Shown here piece after piece: positions 12,784 through 25,644 of a DNA stretch of 64,000 nt (position 1 is the first letter of the stretch; the number at the start of each line of letters is the position of its first letter). The stretch is from NCBI GenBank assembly GCA_025603075.1, contig MU626359.1:1-64000 (forward strand), in the 5' to 3' direction. Position numbers and translations under genes: made by a program. The notes under the pieces are model-generated. The model had not been told where the DNA came from and ran no database searches. It saw nothing but the letters and a program-made list of their open reading frames with translations. Source of the DNA: Neoconidiobolus thromboides FSU 785. Lineage: Eukaryota; Fungi; Entomophthoromycota.

Positions 12784-13950
12784 CTATAAGAAAGAAAGCT
12801 GAGCATCCTCATTATCATTTTGAATCTTGATTTGATTGATACCATTTTGATCTTCTCCAATAGAACCAGATTTAGTTCCTTCTTCATCCTTTAATATGTG
12901 GATCAATTTTTTATTCCCTTTATAATTTAACTTGGCAGAGCCTTCATTGTTAGTTATGAAAAAATTATTATCAAATAAGGAAGTAAACTTCAATGCCGTA
13001 TCCCCATAGCTGTTTCTAATCTCATAGCTAACATCTTTAACATCTTGCTGAATATCATTAACTTCAATATTAATATCTCCATGGGAATTCTTTAATTGAA
13101 CTTTTTTAGTTCCACCCACGTTTAGTTTGATATCTCCATGTTCACAATCTATTTTAATTTCGTTTAATTTAGAATTACTTATAATTACATTGCCATGTGA
13201 GTTTTCTAATTTAATGTTTGAAAGAGTTGAATTAAAATATTTTATATCAGCAAGATGACTTTTGACTATAGAGGAATTAATCCTACTATCTTTAATTACT
13301 AAATCACCGTGACGGACTGTCAATTCACTCACTTTAACATTACTATTGATTATTTTGACATTTCCATGGATTACACTCAATTTTAGGTCATCTATATTCA
13401 ATTTACCATCAAAATCTAAATCTATATCGGTTCGATAAACATCCATCCTCAAATAACTAAAGATATTTAAACTTTTGGGTATTTTAACTGTTAAATCTGC
13501 ACGAAAACAATCATATTGGTTATGACCACTGGTATTTTCTCTTCCATCATTTATTGTAAACTTGTAACTTTTATCCTCATTGACATAATAAGCCTTCAGA
13601 GCATTAATATCAAATCGATCTCCAGCAAACAATTTTTTATCAATAACAATTAAATCGGAACTATGACGTTCAAATCTAATGCTACTATTCTGAACATAAC
13701 CTCCTAAATTTATATCTAATGAATCATAGGTATTAGGATCAAACTGAAACTCTTCTTTAATACCAAATGGTTTTGTTGCTATACAACGTAAAGTCCCACT
13801 CTCACTCATTATATTTAAACTGAATAAAATCACTAACACTATACTTAATAGTAATAACAAAATCCCAACAATAATTAAAATCATTTTCCTTGATATCTTT
13901 GGTTGTGGTTTTGACTTATTAGTTTCAAAAAAATCACTTTTATTATTCAT
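12784..13950 (-). CDS. Membrane-anchored DUF4097-like beta-solenoid protein, paralog 2 (tandem duplicate)
   Basis: 388-aa ORF aligning end to end with paralog 1 apart from a 38-aa (two-repeat) gap. Confidence 0.75.
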   Translation of the reverse strand: MNNKSDFFETNKSKPQPKISRKMILIIVGILLLLLSIVLVILFSLNIMSESGTLRCIATKPFGIKEEFQFDPNTYDSLDINLGGYVQNSSIRFERHSSDLIVIDKKLFAGDRFDINALKAYYVNEDKSYKFTINDGRENTSGHNQYDCFRADLTVKIPKSLNIFSYLRMDVYRTDIDLDFDGKLNIDDLKLSVIHGNVKIINSNVKVSELTVRHGDLVIKDSRINSSIVKSHLADIKYFNSTLSNIKLENSHGNVIISNSKLNEIKIDCEHGDIKLNVGGTKKVQLKNSHGDINIEVNDIQQDVKDVSYEIRNSYGDTALKFTSLFDNNFFITNNEGSAKLNYKGNKKLIHILKDEEGTKSGSIGEDQNGINQIKIQNDNEDAQLSFL

Positions 13951-14737
13951 TTTATTATTATTTTGAATTATCTCTATTATTTTGAAGCATTATCGTTCAG
14001 TATTTATAGTCAATTTTGACATAATGATGATGGAGAGCAATTACCCGGACAGTCATTGTGTTTTTAAGAGTTTGTATTTATACTATCAAGAACTTATATT
14101 CTTATTAGAGAGTTATTCATAATAGTAAGTACTTTTATTTACAATTATAGATATTTTATTTCAAAATGGTGATAAAATGCTTAAAGTCATTAAAATTTGA
14201 TTCATAATTATAAATTGTTCATGATATATCAAATTGTTAAAGAAGTGTGGCGATTTATCTAATGAATTATAGTATTTATAATATTAATACTAATATTGAA
14301 TATATATTTTTATTAGTTATCATTATTTAATAACATTTTTAGTCTTATAATTAGTTTGGTAATTTTATTTTTATTACTTTTATTGTTAAAAATATCAGAA
14401 ATCATAAAATTGTTATTAAGAATGGTCAATAAAGGCTTCTTAAAATGTTATAATTTTTAAAAGTTTAAGAATAATTTGATAGAGTCATTTTAAAGGAACG
14501 GCATACATTTTAATTTTGATTTTAATTTTGATTTTTAAAATAAGATTTTGTATCAATAAAATTTTATTGTATGCTTCTAAAATACTAATAATATTACAAT
14601 ATGTGCAAGAATATAACATTATAAGTTATTAAATACTCTTTAAAATTATTTATTTTATAATATCCTTAGTTTCTAAAAAGATGGTAGAATAATTATATTC
14701 AGTATAAATAGACTAGATATTAATATAATGCTTGAAA

Positions 14738-14822
14738 TATAAGAATTTTATTAGCAATTTTTCCACTCAAATAGTGCTTGAAAGATGGAAAAAATAATGA
14801 AGCCAAAAAAACATCCCCATAT
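14738..14822 (+). mobile_element. MITE copy 6, left end missing
   Basis: Core and right TIR (ACATCCCC-ATAT) present, left TIR absent. Confidence 0.8.
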
Positions 14823-15007
14823 CATGATTTATACTTATTTTACTTTATTAAGCACAAAAATACACCTTCATATGATTAATTGGAAATTTCAATGTAGTTA
14901 ATTTTATTCATAAATTTAGATAATTAAATCTTATTAAACTTTACATTATAAGAAAAAAAACACAAGTAATTTATTTTAAGAAAGAAGTTTTATTATTTAT
15001 TAATGAC

Positions 15008-16180
15008 TTAACAAGATAAAAGCAATGGGTTAAACCCTTTAAAATTATGATTTTGGTCCATAATACCGAAATTCTTTTCAATACTAGGTCCTGATTTCCA
15101 AGTAGAATCTAATGCTTCCAATAAGTAATAGTCTAAATTCATTTTTTTAGCTTTACAAATAAATCCTTTTAAAAATAAGGCTTGATTCTGGATACTAGCT
15201 GGTGCAAAAGTAGCTTGGTTTTTATCAGGAGATCCATTAGATGGCCATCCAGTTTCTGATATAGTGACATTACGTTGATATTTATTGATCAAATTTGTAG
15301 CTTGATCTAAAACAGATTGAACTGCTTGTGTCATTACTTGAGTTATATCATTACTAGGTGTTGGATTTGGTCCAAAATATGAATATAAATTGGCAAAAAC
15401 AGTATCACAAACTTTAACCAATTGATCACACCATTTATCTCCTACTTCAACAGTACTAATTATTACATTATTAATTTTATTTTTTTGAAACTGTTGGCGT
15501 ACATAAATTATATTATTAACTAATTGATTTACATTCATTCCATTAAATAACTCTTCATTGCCTACAGTTACCCCTAACACATAATTAGCATAACTTGGGT
15601 TTTTAGTCAATACATTGATAATCGCAGAACTTCCCTGTTCAATTTTTTGTTGTCCACCTCTTATCCATATTCCTAATAATACTTTCATACTTAATCTTTT
15701 TTGAGCTATTATTTGTAATACCATTTCTATTTGATTACAATCATTACTATATAAACGTATTTTATTTGTCATTTTATTTATTAATATTAAATCCGTTTCC
15801 ATATCACTTTGAGTTTTACAATTATTATTTGTGTTAAATGGTGAATAATTCAATCCATTGATTACTTTATTCTCTTTATAGCTTATTGTCATACTATTAT
15901 TACCATTATTACTATTATTACTATTGTTACTATAATTAGTCATATTATTATTAGTTGTGGTAGTACTACCAGTAGTATACCCGGGGGCATTAATTAAATA
16001 GTTATTATTATTATTATTATTATTGGCATTACTATAATCATTCAAATCACTGTTAGAAACTAACTTTGAAGATTGGCTTATTAAACTATTGCTATAAATA
16101 AAATCATTTGAATAAGGACTATATAAGCTATTGATCTCAGTGAGATTCCAGCTTATTAATAAAAGATAGTACCATTTCAT
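15008..16180 (-). CDS. Secreted GH17 beta-1,3-glucanase/glucanosyltransferase (Bgl2/Scw-like)
   Basis: Signal peptide, Asn-rich linker, GLNYSPF start of barrel, VTVGNEEL acid/base and ISETGWPS nucleophile motifs, EKNFG near C-terminus. Confidence 0.9.
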   Translation of the reverse strand: MKWYYLLLISWNLTEINSLYSPYSNDFIYSNSLISQSSKLVSNSDLNDYSNANNNNNNNNYLINAPGYTTGSTTTTNNNMTNYSNNSNNSNNGNNSMTISYKENKVINGLNYSPFNTNNNCKTQSDMETDLILINKMTNKIRLYSNDCNQIEMVLQIIAQKRLSMKVLLGIWIRGGQQKIEQGSSAIINVLTKNPSYANYVLGVTVGNEELFNGMNVNQLVNNIIYVRQQFQKNKINNVIISTVEVGDKWCDQLVKVCDTVFANLYSYFGPNPTPSNDITQVMTQAVQSVLDQATNLINKYQRNVTISETGWPSNGSPDKNQATFAPASIQNQALFLKGFICKAKKMNLDYYLLEALDSTWKSGPSIEKNFGIMDQNHNFKGFNPLLLSC

Positions 16181-17102
16181 TATTGATAAAAGTTGAACAA
16201 GGGTTTAAATTGAAATATCATTCTATATATACTTGTTGGGTTTTTTTCTAGAAGCTAGAGCATATTATTGATCATCTATAATAGGTTAACATAATTTAAG
16301 CCATCATTACATTCAATTTTATGCTGTTTACTTTTTCCATATGTTTGATAAGCCTAAAAGTCCTCAATTTCAATTTAAAGGCTTACCTTATTTAGTTTCC
16401 AAGATCTAAATTTAAGCCAATTATTAATTTTAAAGGTTTGCCAAGTCTTTGGAGTTTTAATTATTTTACTCCAGAATTATTTGTTTAAAATCCTTTTTAT
16501 CTATTATTACTCCTTAATATAATCGATGATATGTTTTTGATTAATTGATTTTTAGGTATTTAATGTATTTGTTTAGTTTTCTTGTTTCGATGGCTAATGT
16601 AGGCTTTTTTTAATTAATGTAGTTTATTTTCACACTCTTAATTATACAACATTTAAATATCAGTTTTAGGTTGAGGAAATGGATAAACAATTCCCCATAA
16701 TAGTAAAGATAAAAAAAGCAGTAATAGTCATACTATGTTTTAATATATATTATACCTTTAGATACAAAAGCGTTCGTAGTTTTAAGACATATCTTATAAG
16801 TTTAAACCATACAATTTAACTTGTATAAGATAATATTATGTATTACTAATACTAACATCAATACTGTGATATGAATAACTATCAGTTAAAATACGTTTAA
16901 ATAGGATAAACAATAAGTCTTACAATTTAAATTATTACTATTGTTCTTATATAATCGATGGATCTTATTAATATTTTAAACATTGAATAATACCATTTAC
17001 TATAATATATATATTATAATAAACCCATATGCTTTTTAAAAGAATCAAAAAATGACATGTTGTTATGAATATTAGAATATTATACTATCTCAAAAATTAA
17101 AT

Positions 17103-17208
17103 ATATGGGGATCTATTTCTGTATTTAAGAATTTTACTAACAATTTTTCCACTCAAATAGCACTTAAAAGATGGAAAAAGTAATGAAGTCAAAAAAACAT
17201 CCCCATAT
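17103..17208 (+). mobile_element. MITE copy 7
   Basis: Both TIRs, ATAT/ATAT. Confidence 0.9.
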
Positions 17209-18114
17209 ATGTTATTACTACCAACTATACTCTTTTTATAAAAAATGTTCAGACCCTTTGACAAACAACAAAAATTGATGAATTTTGTAACTTAGTTAAA
17301 CTATCCCCAAACAAATAATCTGCTGTAAACGCATTGTTTTAATCCAATCACCATAAATCAATTCTATTTTATGCAGTTTCTAACCCTAAAATAAATGTTA
17401 AAATCCGAACTCTAGATAATATTAGTTCTAGAATACACAGTTTTAAGTTTATGTGTCAGGATACGTTCTAAAACCATTATTATTTAAGGCCATTGACCTT
17501 AGCCTATGTTGAAATCCATGCTATGCTTAAAAACCAACTTTATTCTTGCTTTTTACATCCTTCCTACCTTGATAAAATACTAATGAATTTATTGTTAAAA
17601 TAAATTGTTTAAATAATGATAATTTTACTAAACTTTCAATTGGAAATTTTGATATAGTATAAATAATGTTGAGAAAATAAGAATATAAGAAAAAAATCCA
17701 GTTCCCAATAATCAGTTGCTGCAATAGTAGTACATCTAACTCTAAATCAATTTTATTTGATGATAATCTATATTATTAATCTTATATGAAAGTAATGAAC
17801 TGTATTATAATTAAGAAGCTACAGTTTATTTTTACTAAAGCTAATAAAAATTATTATTAAGTCAAAAAAACAAACTTGAACTGGTCAAAAGTAGTAGTTA
17901 TTGGGATATTTCAGTATGATGTTGCATAGAATTTTATGTATCTGACCCATCGAAATCCCTCTTTTAGTCTAATTAAATATATCACTTACACTAATTACGT
18001 GAAAAATTACATTCATTAATCTATGTGATAAAATTTCCCTATCAATAATAATAGCTATAAATATAATTAATGAAGCGAAAGTATAAGAAAAAACGATTTC
18101 TAAAAAGGGAATTT

Positions 18115-18186
18115 GGCTAGCTGGCGCAATGGTAGCGCGTTGGACTCCAGATCTAGAGGTTAGAGGTTCGACTCCTCTGCTGGTCA
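18115..18186 (+). tRNA. tRNA-Trp(CCA): tRNA-Trp (CCA), copy 1
   Basis: 72-nt cloverleaf: GGCTAGC/GCTGGTC acceptor, CT-CCA-GA loop, GGTTCGACTCC T-arm, T5 terminator 3 nt downstream. Confidence 0.95.
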
Positions 18187-18298
18187 ACTTTTTATATATT
18201 CTAAATCGTTTTATGTATGTTAAATTTGAATGATTAACTAAAAATTGATGCTTAGCCTCTATCACTTACAAGATATCAAAAATGGAAAAAGATTAACC

Positions 18299-18372
18299 TG
18301 TATTTAATCAATTTTTAAGTAATAATTAACAATTGTGTATTTAATCAATTTTTAAGTAATAATTAACAATTG
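18299..18372. repeat. Perfect 37-bp tandem duplication
   Basis: TGTATTTAATCAATTTTTAAGTAATAATTAACAATTG twice. Confidence 0.9.
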
Positions 18373-18823
18373 ATTGTTTTATACATAGATATGTTATTTT
18401 AATTTTAAATCTATAAGTCGAATATTTGGTTTAATATGTCCTTAATCTTTTTAATCTGCTTTTATCAAGTTTATTAGCTCATCATAAATTTAACAACTGT
18501 TCTTCTTTATGTTCTCCCTCCTTATAAATTTTTATTATTTAAGATTAGACAATAGTTGAAAATTTCGGAAATAGAATTATTGTTTTATTAACTTGTGAAA
18601 CTATTAGAGTCTCATGGCTTTTATTTGATATTAATAATATACGAATAGTTTAACCTTGTTAATTTTGTAATTATAATAAGTAGGATCAAAATGCCTATAG
18701 AATAATAAGTTTTAAACTTGATTAATATATTAGTACTGTAAGATAACGGTAGAATCGATAAATTCAATTAGTACCAAATTTTTAATGAATAACTTTAAAG
18801 CAGATAAGAAAGCAAATAAAAAA

Positions 18824-19657
18824 CTAATATGAAGGAGGTAAGGGAACAGAGTAGGGTGGTGGGGGAAGTAAAGGATAATAAATTTCTTGTTCCACATTAT
18901 TAATAAAATAAACGAATGGTTTAGCGCCATTATTAAAATACAGATGACATTTACCACTGGAATAAATGGTAGGGAACACTTCACCTAAAGGAGCTTGACT
19001 AGCTGGAAATTTTAATGGTCGAAATAAACAACCATTTTTGGTGAAATAAATTTGTCTCGTATAATTTTGATAACCAATACCAAGTATATCGCCTTGTTTT
19101 AAACTTTTACCGTATTTCACTGAGGGATACTTTTTTTTGCCATAAACTTGTATATTGCCATTATTTGAACTATAACCTATACTATTTTCTATTTCTCCTA
19201 AAATTTATTAATATTTTATTTATCATGAGAAATTAATATTCTTACCAGGTTTAATACAACAGGTTTCATCTTTTGAAGCTAAACCAAAGATCACATTTGT
19301 ATCTTCTTCTATAGAAATAATTTCAACCTCAATATAAAACTTAGAATATGGAGAAAGGGTTAAAGGTAGACCCGATTGTATACAACATTCTTTCATAAAG
19401 TATAAATTAAAAAGTTCACTAACTATGACTTTATCTAGTAAGTTCAAAGTCAAATGAAAGCTTAATTGATTATGATAATCATTTAATAGATTGCTAACTT
19501 GGCCTACTTCTCCGTTCGATAATCCCGGATCTTCTACCAGTGCTCTTCTTCTCCTTTTACTTTTAATAACAACATATATTATTAATACCACTACAATGAT
19601 TATAATCACTAAAAGTAATACCATCAATTGGGATGAGTTTAATATAGATTCAGTCAT
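18824..19657 (-). CDS. SSH4/EAR1-like TM + SPRY + PPxY protein, paralog 1 (exons 19657-19246, 19197-18824)
   Basis: N-terminal TM; FYIEVEI, FGLA, GDILGIGY, IYFTKNG, FPTIYS, FNNG SPRY motifs; PPPY and PPSY at C-terminus; GT-AG intron splices in frame. Confidence 0.85.
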
Positions 19658-20832
19658 CTTTTACTTTGATTTTTGGTTTAAAACAACAAAAATAACAATG
19701 AGGGTGAACTTTATAATTCAATAAATAGCATTAAAAATTTAAAAAGCAATAAAACAAGTAAAAGATAAGAAATGTTTTTATTTACGCTTAAACTATACGT
19801 TTCTAATTTGTTAGTTGGTGGTATGATCATTTTCTTAATAATGAGTTTTGACTCTGGTTTAACTTTCACTACGATCATTGGAGCTTCTATTTCTATATTT
19901 AGGTTATTACTTGAGTTTCGAATCTCATGATATTTCTTCTCTTAAATTCCAATTGTTAATGGATTGGAATTCCTCTCTCATGAACCTAAATTTATAATTA
20001 TATGGAATATAACTAATGCTCAATAGTTGTGTGTTTGTTTATTTGACTTTCATTTTTATTAAAACTAATATTTTATTGTGTAAATTTTATTGAATGAATA
20101 TCGTCAAGGTTTTAACTTTCAAATTAAATTCACAATTAATTTGTAATAAAGAATGTTCTTTAACTACATTTATTGAGGATAATAATTGATTATAAAATAT
20201 TTTCAAATACTGTCACAGTCAAAAAAGAAGAAAAGAAGGGAAGAGGTAATTAGCCAAGAACCTGTATTGTTTAGTTTGGGACAATCAAAAATTATAATTT
20301 TGACGCCATTTCTCAAGCAAGTGTTTTTTTTGTAAAATTGTTTATATTTTAAATATTTATTTTCACTATTAACTGTAAAAGATGATGTTATTATGACCCA
20401 TGTTGTCAAGCATTATATTCTTTTATATTAAATTTGTAACTTGAATATAATTCTATAATTTCTCCATATTCTGTAACAAGATAAACTACTAAAGTACTTG
20501 GTCCAATATATTATAGATATATAAATTTGTATAATAATAGGTGATATAATACCAGGGTATGTGGTTTTTGTTATTAAAATAAACCTATAAAACGATCGAA
20601 TATTAATATAACTATAGATTCTCGATTTCGAGTCCCTAAATATAAAATGAATGACTGAAATAAGAACAGGGATCATTTGTTGAACCTTAAACTCATATAA
20701 ATTACAGAAAACCATAGCCCTGATTTTAGCTTTTCACACTGCTATTTTTGCACCAAATCTAAATTAACTTATGCAAAAAATGGTTTGTAAACAGACCAAA
20801 AAATAATAACTTATTTTTTTTAGTTAATTTTG

Positions 20833-21712
20833 ATGCTAATACTTGACGGTTTACTCTATAAAGTGGGTATAGCTGCTGCTATTTTTTTTAGTGTAGTATG
20901 TTTACTTGGACTAATTGCTGATGTTCGCAGAAGACGTAGACTACAAAGACAAGATCAAAGAAATGAAGAACTAGGAATTCCCCGTCCGCAAATGTTTAAT
21001 AATCGACAGAATGTAGACAATTTGGACTGGACTTTTCCAATTACTTTAAGTTGTGTTGATAAAGTGACTACGAGAGATGAATTTCAATTATTTTTTGTAC
21101 AACCTTGTGGTATTCAAGCTAGTTATCCAATTCCCAGAAATCAAGATAAAAGTTATTTTGAAATCAAGATTTTGGATATATTGGATGGACAGGAACTTTT
21201 TGTTGGACTAGCTCCAAAGAACCAAAATGAAACCGTTATTCCAGGTAATAAATATATTATTATTATGTTTTACTGACTAAAGTAGTATTTTAGGTGTTGG
21301 TGATGATAGTGTATCAATTAACTCAAAGGAGGGCAGTATATTATTAAGCGGAAAATCTATATATTGGATTAATGGTAGGAAGTTTGGTAGTGGAGATGTA
21401 GTAGGATGTTTAATAACTAATTCATCACCAACTAATATATGTTTCACGCATAATGGTGAATTATTGGACCCAATACCAATGGTAAGAAATTCAATCCCAG
21501 TATTTCCATCATTATATTCTAGTGGTCAAGCTCATATTCAGTTTAATTTTGGGCATACTGAGTTTTTATTCTCTAAAGCCAACTTATTTCGTTATGGCTT
21601 AGTATCGACTTCAACACTTTCTGAGTTACCACCTGCTTATGAAAATGATATTGCTCCTCCAATCAATACCTTTAATAATCCTAATACATCGGCACCACAA
21701 TATCCCTTGTAA
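20833..21712 (+). CDS. SSH4/EAR1-like SPRY protein, paralog 2 (exons 20833-21244, 21294-21712)
   Basis: TM, YFEIKI, FVGLA, GDVVGC, FTHNG, FNFG, LPPAY; intron at the same PG| position. Confidence 0.85.
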
Positions 21713-22188
21713 ATAAGATTTATTTGCTTAATTTTAATAATTTTAATAAAGATTTGTTGTTATTTTGGTATTCGTGATACAAGTTATTAACTTTATTTTT
21801 TTATAGTATCCTTGAGTTAGGCTAAATAGATAAAAATTAAAACAGAGGTTTGTGTGTAACTATTTGTATTAGAATTTTACATATTTATGTTTGGAACTTA
21901 TCTTTTTCTCGATTTCTTACCTAAAGCGTTATAGTCAAAATCCCCTTTATTGCCAAATTAAATAATTAATAGTTAATTATCTCTGATAAATTTTTAATAA
22001 TCATAAGGGATTTAAAATAAGTTGGGTTTTATTAACTTTATAACTGTAATTAAATTTACAAGTATTGGATCATAATGAAGAATAATATAATCTATAATAA
22101 AAAATTCAGTTTACAAATCGATATAAAGTTTATTTCAATAAACGATAAAGATAAATAATAATTATATAAAAAACTCGCTACTAAAAAA

Positions 22189-22770
22189 CTAAGACTTAGT
22201 AGGAAAAAGTTGTTTAAAAAAATTAAAGTTATGAAAATCTTGATCCGGAGTAGCTTGAAAGCTTCTAAGTAATTGAGGTTGATCATTATAGGTACCAAAG
22301 ATATTAGCTAATGCCTGTTGTTTTAAATTATGATATTCCAATGTATCCATGCGATTAACTTCATAAGGAACAGTTTCTTTTTGTAAAGTAATATTAAAAT
22401 CCGGATTTTGAGCTTTAAACTTGCCTTCATAATAGTTCTCATTTTTGAAAGTAATCCCATTGGGCGTATTAGAAGATGAACGGGTATCCAACATTTCCTT
22501 TTCGTATTTTTTATTTTTTCCTAATCTTACTGGGGAGTATTTAAGTTGAGAAATACAAGATACGTTTCTAGATATTAACCTTTCGCCTCTCTTTTTACCA
22601 CGACAAGCCCTATTATTAAACCAAACTTGAACTGCTTTTGCTTTTAGACCCAAGTCTTGGGCAAGGTATCTTTTAACACTGGTACCCGGCGTGGAATCTT
22701 GGTCAAAAACTGCTTGTAATTTTTCTAATTGTAAATCGGTAAATACGGTTTTAGTATGGCTATGATGCAT
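22189..22770 (-). CDS. Homeodomain protein
   Basis: KTVFTDLQLEKLQAVF...LAQDLGL...VQVWFNNR homeodomain at N-terminus of a 193-aa ORF. Confidence 0.85.
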   Translation of the reverse strand: MHHSHTKTVFTDLQLEKLQAVFDQDSTPGTSVKRYLAQDLGLKAKAVQVWFNNRACRGKKRGERLISRNVSCISQLKYSPVRLGKNKKYEKEMLDTRSSSNTPNGITFKNENYYEGKFKAQNPDFNITLQKETVPYEVNRMDTLEYHNLKQQALANIFGTYNDQPQLLRSFQATPDQDFHNFNFFKQLFPTKS

Positions 22771-24116
22771 TTTTATTTTAAGATTAAAGTTTAATTGAAT
22801 TCAATTCTGTATAGTATTAGGTATGAGTTTATTATTAGTTGAAATCCAGCCTGATTTTTCTTAGTAATAATATAATTAAAAAATAATTGTTTCTTGGGTA
22901 TTAAACTGAACATTATATCATTGTTGAGTTATTAAACCAATTAAATTTGTTGATTGTGAGATCCACTTTTATTGTCCATATATGACGAAATTTATTGGCT
23001 TGAGAATGCAACTTAAAGAATAATTGGTCTTTATTTTTAGAACAGTGAATATTGCTTAATTAGCTACTTGACTATAATATAACAAAAATCTAAAATTTAT
23101 TTTAAAAACTAGATCTAAGATAATTAAAACATTGGTATATTAAATTAATCATGAAACGCTAATTTGTTATATAATTTTCATAAAAGTAATTCTATTTTAT
23201 GTAAAAGGAGTTTAATTGTTTTATTATTTGACTTTTATGATAGTTGAATCAAATTGGCTGAAAGTGGCTCATTGTTAAATAGAAATAAAATATATATATC
23301 ATTTTATACATAGGCTTTTTTATTGTCGATCTATTATGTTTATATACGCGTAAGTTTAAAAGCTCTATTGAAATCAAGGATAAAATTTTCCATTTCATTT
23401 TTTTGTCCATTTAGTATGTATGTAGCATAAATTTTTGAGAGAGTATTCAAGTAATACTGGAAAACTCTCAAATAATGGAATGCTGTATTAAAGCTCATTT
23501 CTTTGCTTCTATATTTAAGAATAGTTAAGTAAAATATTAATCAATAGACTACATTATAATTCATAATTTGCTATTAGATAGCTTTACAATTAAGGATATC
23601 AAAGTCTTATAAAGATAAGGTAAAGCAAGTTATTATTTTTGTAAGTTATAAATTATAATACAACCTATGCTATCTACTATTAAATATTATAAACAAGAAT
23701 TTTATTAAATAAGGTTATAGGTCCAGATTTCTTAAAGTTCACGATGAGATCTATTCAAAAATAAAAATACGCCACAGTGTTCTTATGGATTGTACTTTCG
23801 GATCTATTTATAAGCTGTATAAAAATTCTGAAAATTATCAAATTTAGAATAAAAATTACCTTTTTAAAAAGATATTAGAACTATCTAAATGTAGAATATA
23901 TTAATTTGATAATACATTATATTGGATTCCATTGATTTTATTATACCAGAATTTGTATTCTAATATATTAGTAAAAGCTAAAAATAAATCAGTTCTAGAT
24001 TTTATCTTTAATTAATTGATATTTATTTAAACTAACTAATATAAACTATTTTTTTCTCTTAATCATTTTATCCACTTTCTAAACAATTTAAATTAAGAAC
24101 ACTTGGTTAAAGCAGT

Positions 24117-24222
24117 ATATGGGGGTATATTTTTGTATTTAAGAATTTTACTAATGATTTTTCCACTCAAATAACACTCAAAAAATGAAGAAGTAATAAA
24201 GCCAAAAAAAACATCCCCATAT
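24117..24222 (+). mobile_element. MITE copy 8
   Basis: Both TIRs, ATAT/ATAT. Confidence 0.9.
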
Positions 24223-24486
24223 AAAAAAAGTTTGATGTTTGTTTATATTATATATTATATACACATAAAACAAACAAACTTATATTAAATAATTGAAAGA
24301 TTATGAGTTAAGTAGTTACATATTAAAATGTTAAGAAAGACTAACTATTTTATTACTCAAGTAAAAGTAAATGAACCTTGAAATTTTTGCTATTAACAAA
24401 ATAACTACATTGTAACTTACTTTTTTTATAAAAATTATAATTAAACCCTATGAGAAATGATAGCTCTATCAATCGGGTTTGAAAAA

Positions 24487-24591
24487 ATATGGGGATGTTT
24501 TTTTGATTTCATTGTTTTTCCATTTTTTAAGCGCTATTTGAGTAGAAAGATTGTTAGTAAAATTCCCAAACACAAAAAAACATTCCTATAT
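24487..24591 (-). mobile_element. MITE copy 9
   Basis: Left TIR intact, right diverged (CATTCCT), ATAT flanks. Confidence 0.85.
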
Positions 24592-25644
24592 ATTTATTGG
24601 AAATATAATTGATATGTACAGATATAACGTTTTATTTTTTATTTAAAACTTATTTTAATAACAATAAACTATAAAGATTTTTGCAGCGTTTTGAATGAAT
24701 TAATATTATCTAGAGTATTTATTTACAGCAAATAGCGCCTATTGATGTTTTTTTAGCTATATCATACATAGATTTAAAAACTTAAAATTTCCAATTTGAT
24801 TGAAGCATCAATTTAAAAATAAAGCTGTAATAAACTCTCAATAAAAATTTTGCTTAACTTGAAAATTTGCAAAAATGAAGTCTGGGAAAAAATGAACATC
24901 CAGTTTACTAGCCCATATTAACTTCAGTAGCTTGCAATCCAACGATATAAATATTATCAAATTTATTGAGTAACAACGAAATAAACATTACTGATGACCA
25001 ATGATAAAGCAAAAAAATAAAAAAAATAAAAAAATAAAAATAATGGTTTATAAAATTCCAGTTTAATAAGTAGAAAAAAGCTATTAAGAATAAAAATTCC
25101 AGTTGAATTCATATCCCTGATTTTCGAGTTAAAATTACAATTGAAAATTAATCTCAATCAAATAATTTGAAAATGTTAGAATTATAAAAGTTATTTGTTC
25201 CATATTGAAAAGAAGATTGCTAATATTTCAACTAAAGTTCAAATACACAATAGATAATAAAATAATAGATTCCATGTTTAATGAAGTCAAGTAGGAAAAT
25301 AGAATTTATGCAATCACTATTTCAATATGAATAATAAATTGAGTCATTAATAAAATAACGTGAGTAATATGATCAAAGGAACAAAAATTAAATTTAAAAA
25401 GGTAATAAAATTTGAAGTTATGACTATTTAAAGAATCTGCACCTTTGGTCTACCTCATTAATTTATTAAAATTTATTATATAATAATAATCAATATTAAA
25501 ATCTTTTTTATTCCTACTAAATTATCTATTCTAGATTTACATTGCTATTTTTTCTTATCTTTTTGTTTTGTACTTACATATTTACTTTTTATATTTTTAT
25601 TTATCTTTTAAATTTGGAACTTTACTTCAATCCCCTTTACCACT

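Noticed and set aside
20203-20715. Fragments VYLVTEY and NIMLDNMGH in different frames resembling a decayed kinase
   Set aside because: Short motifs in non-contiguous frames; catalytic motifs absent.
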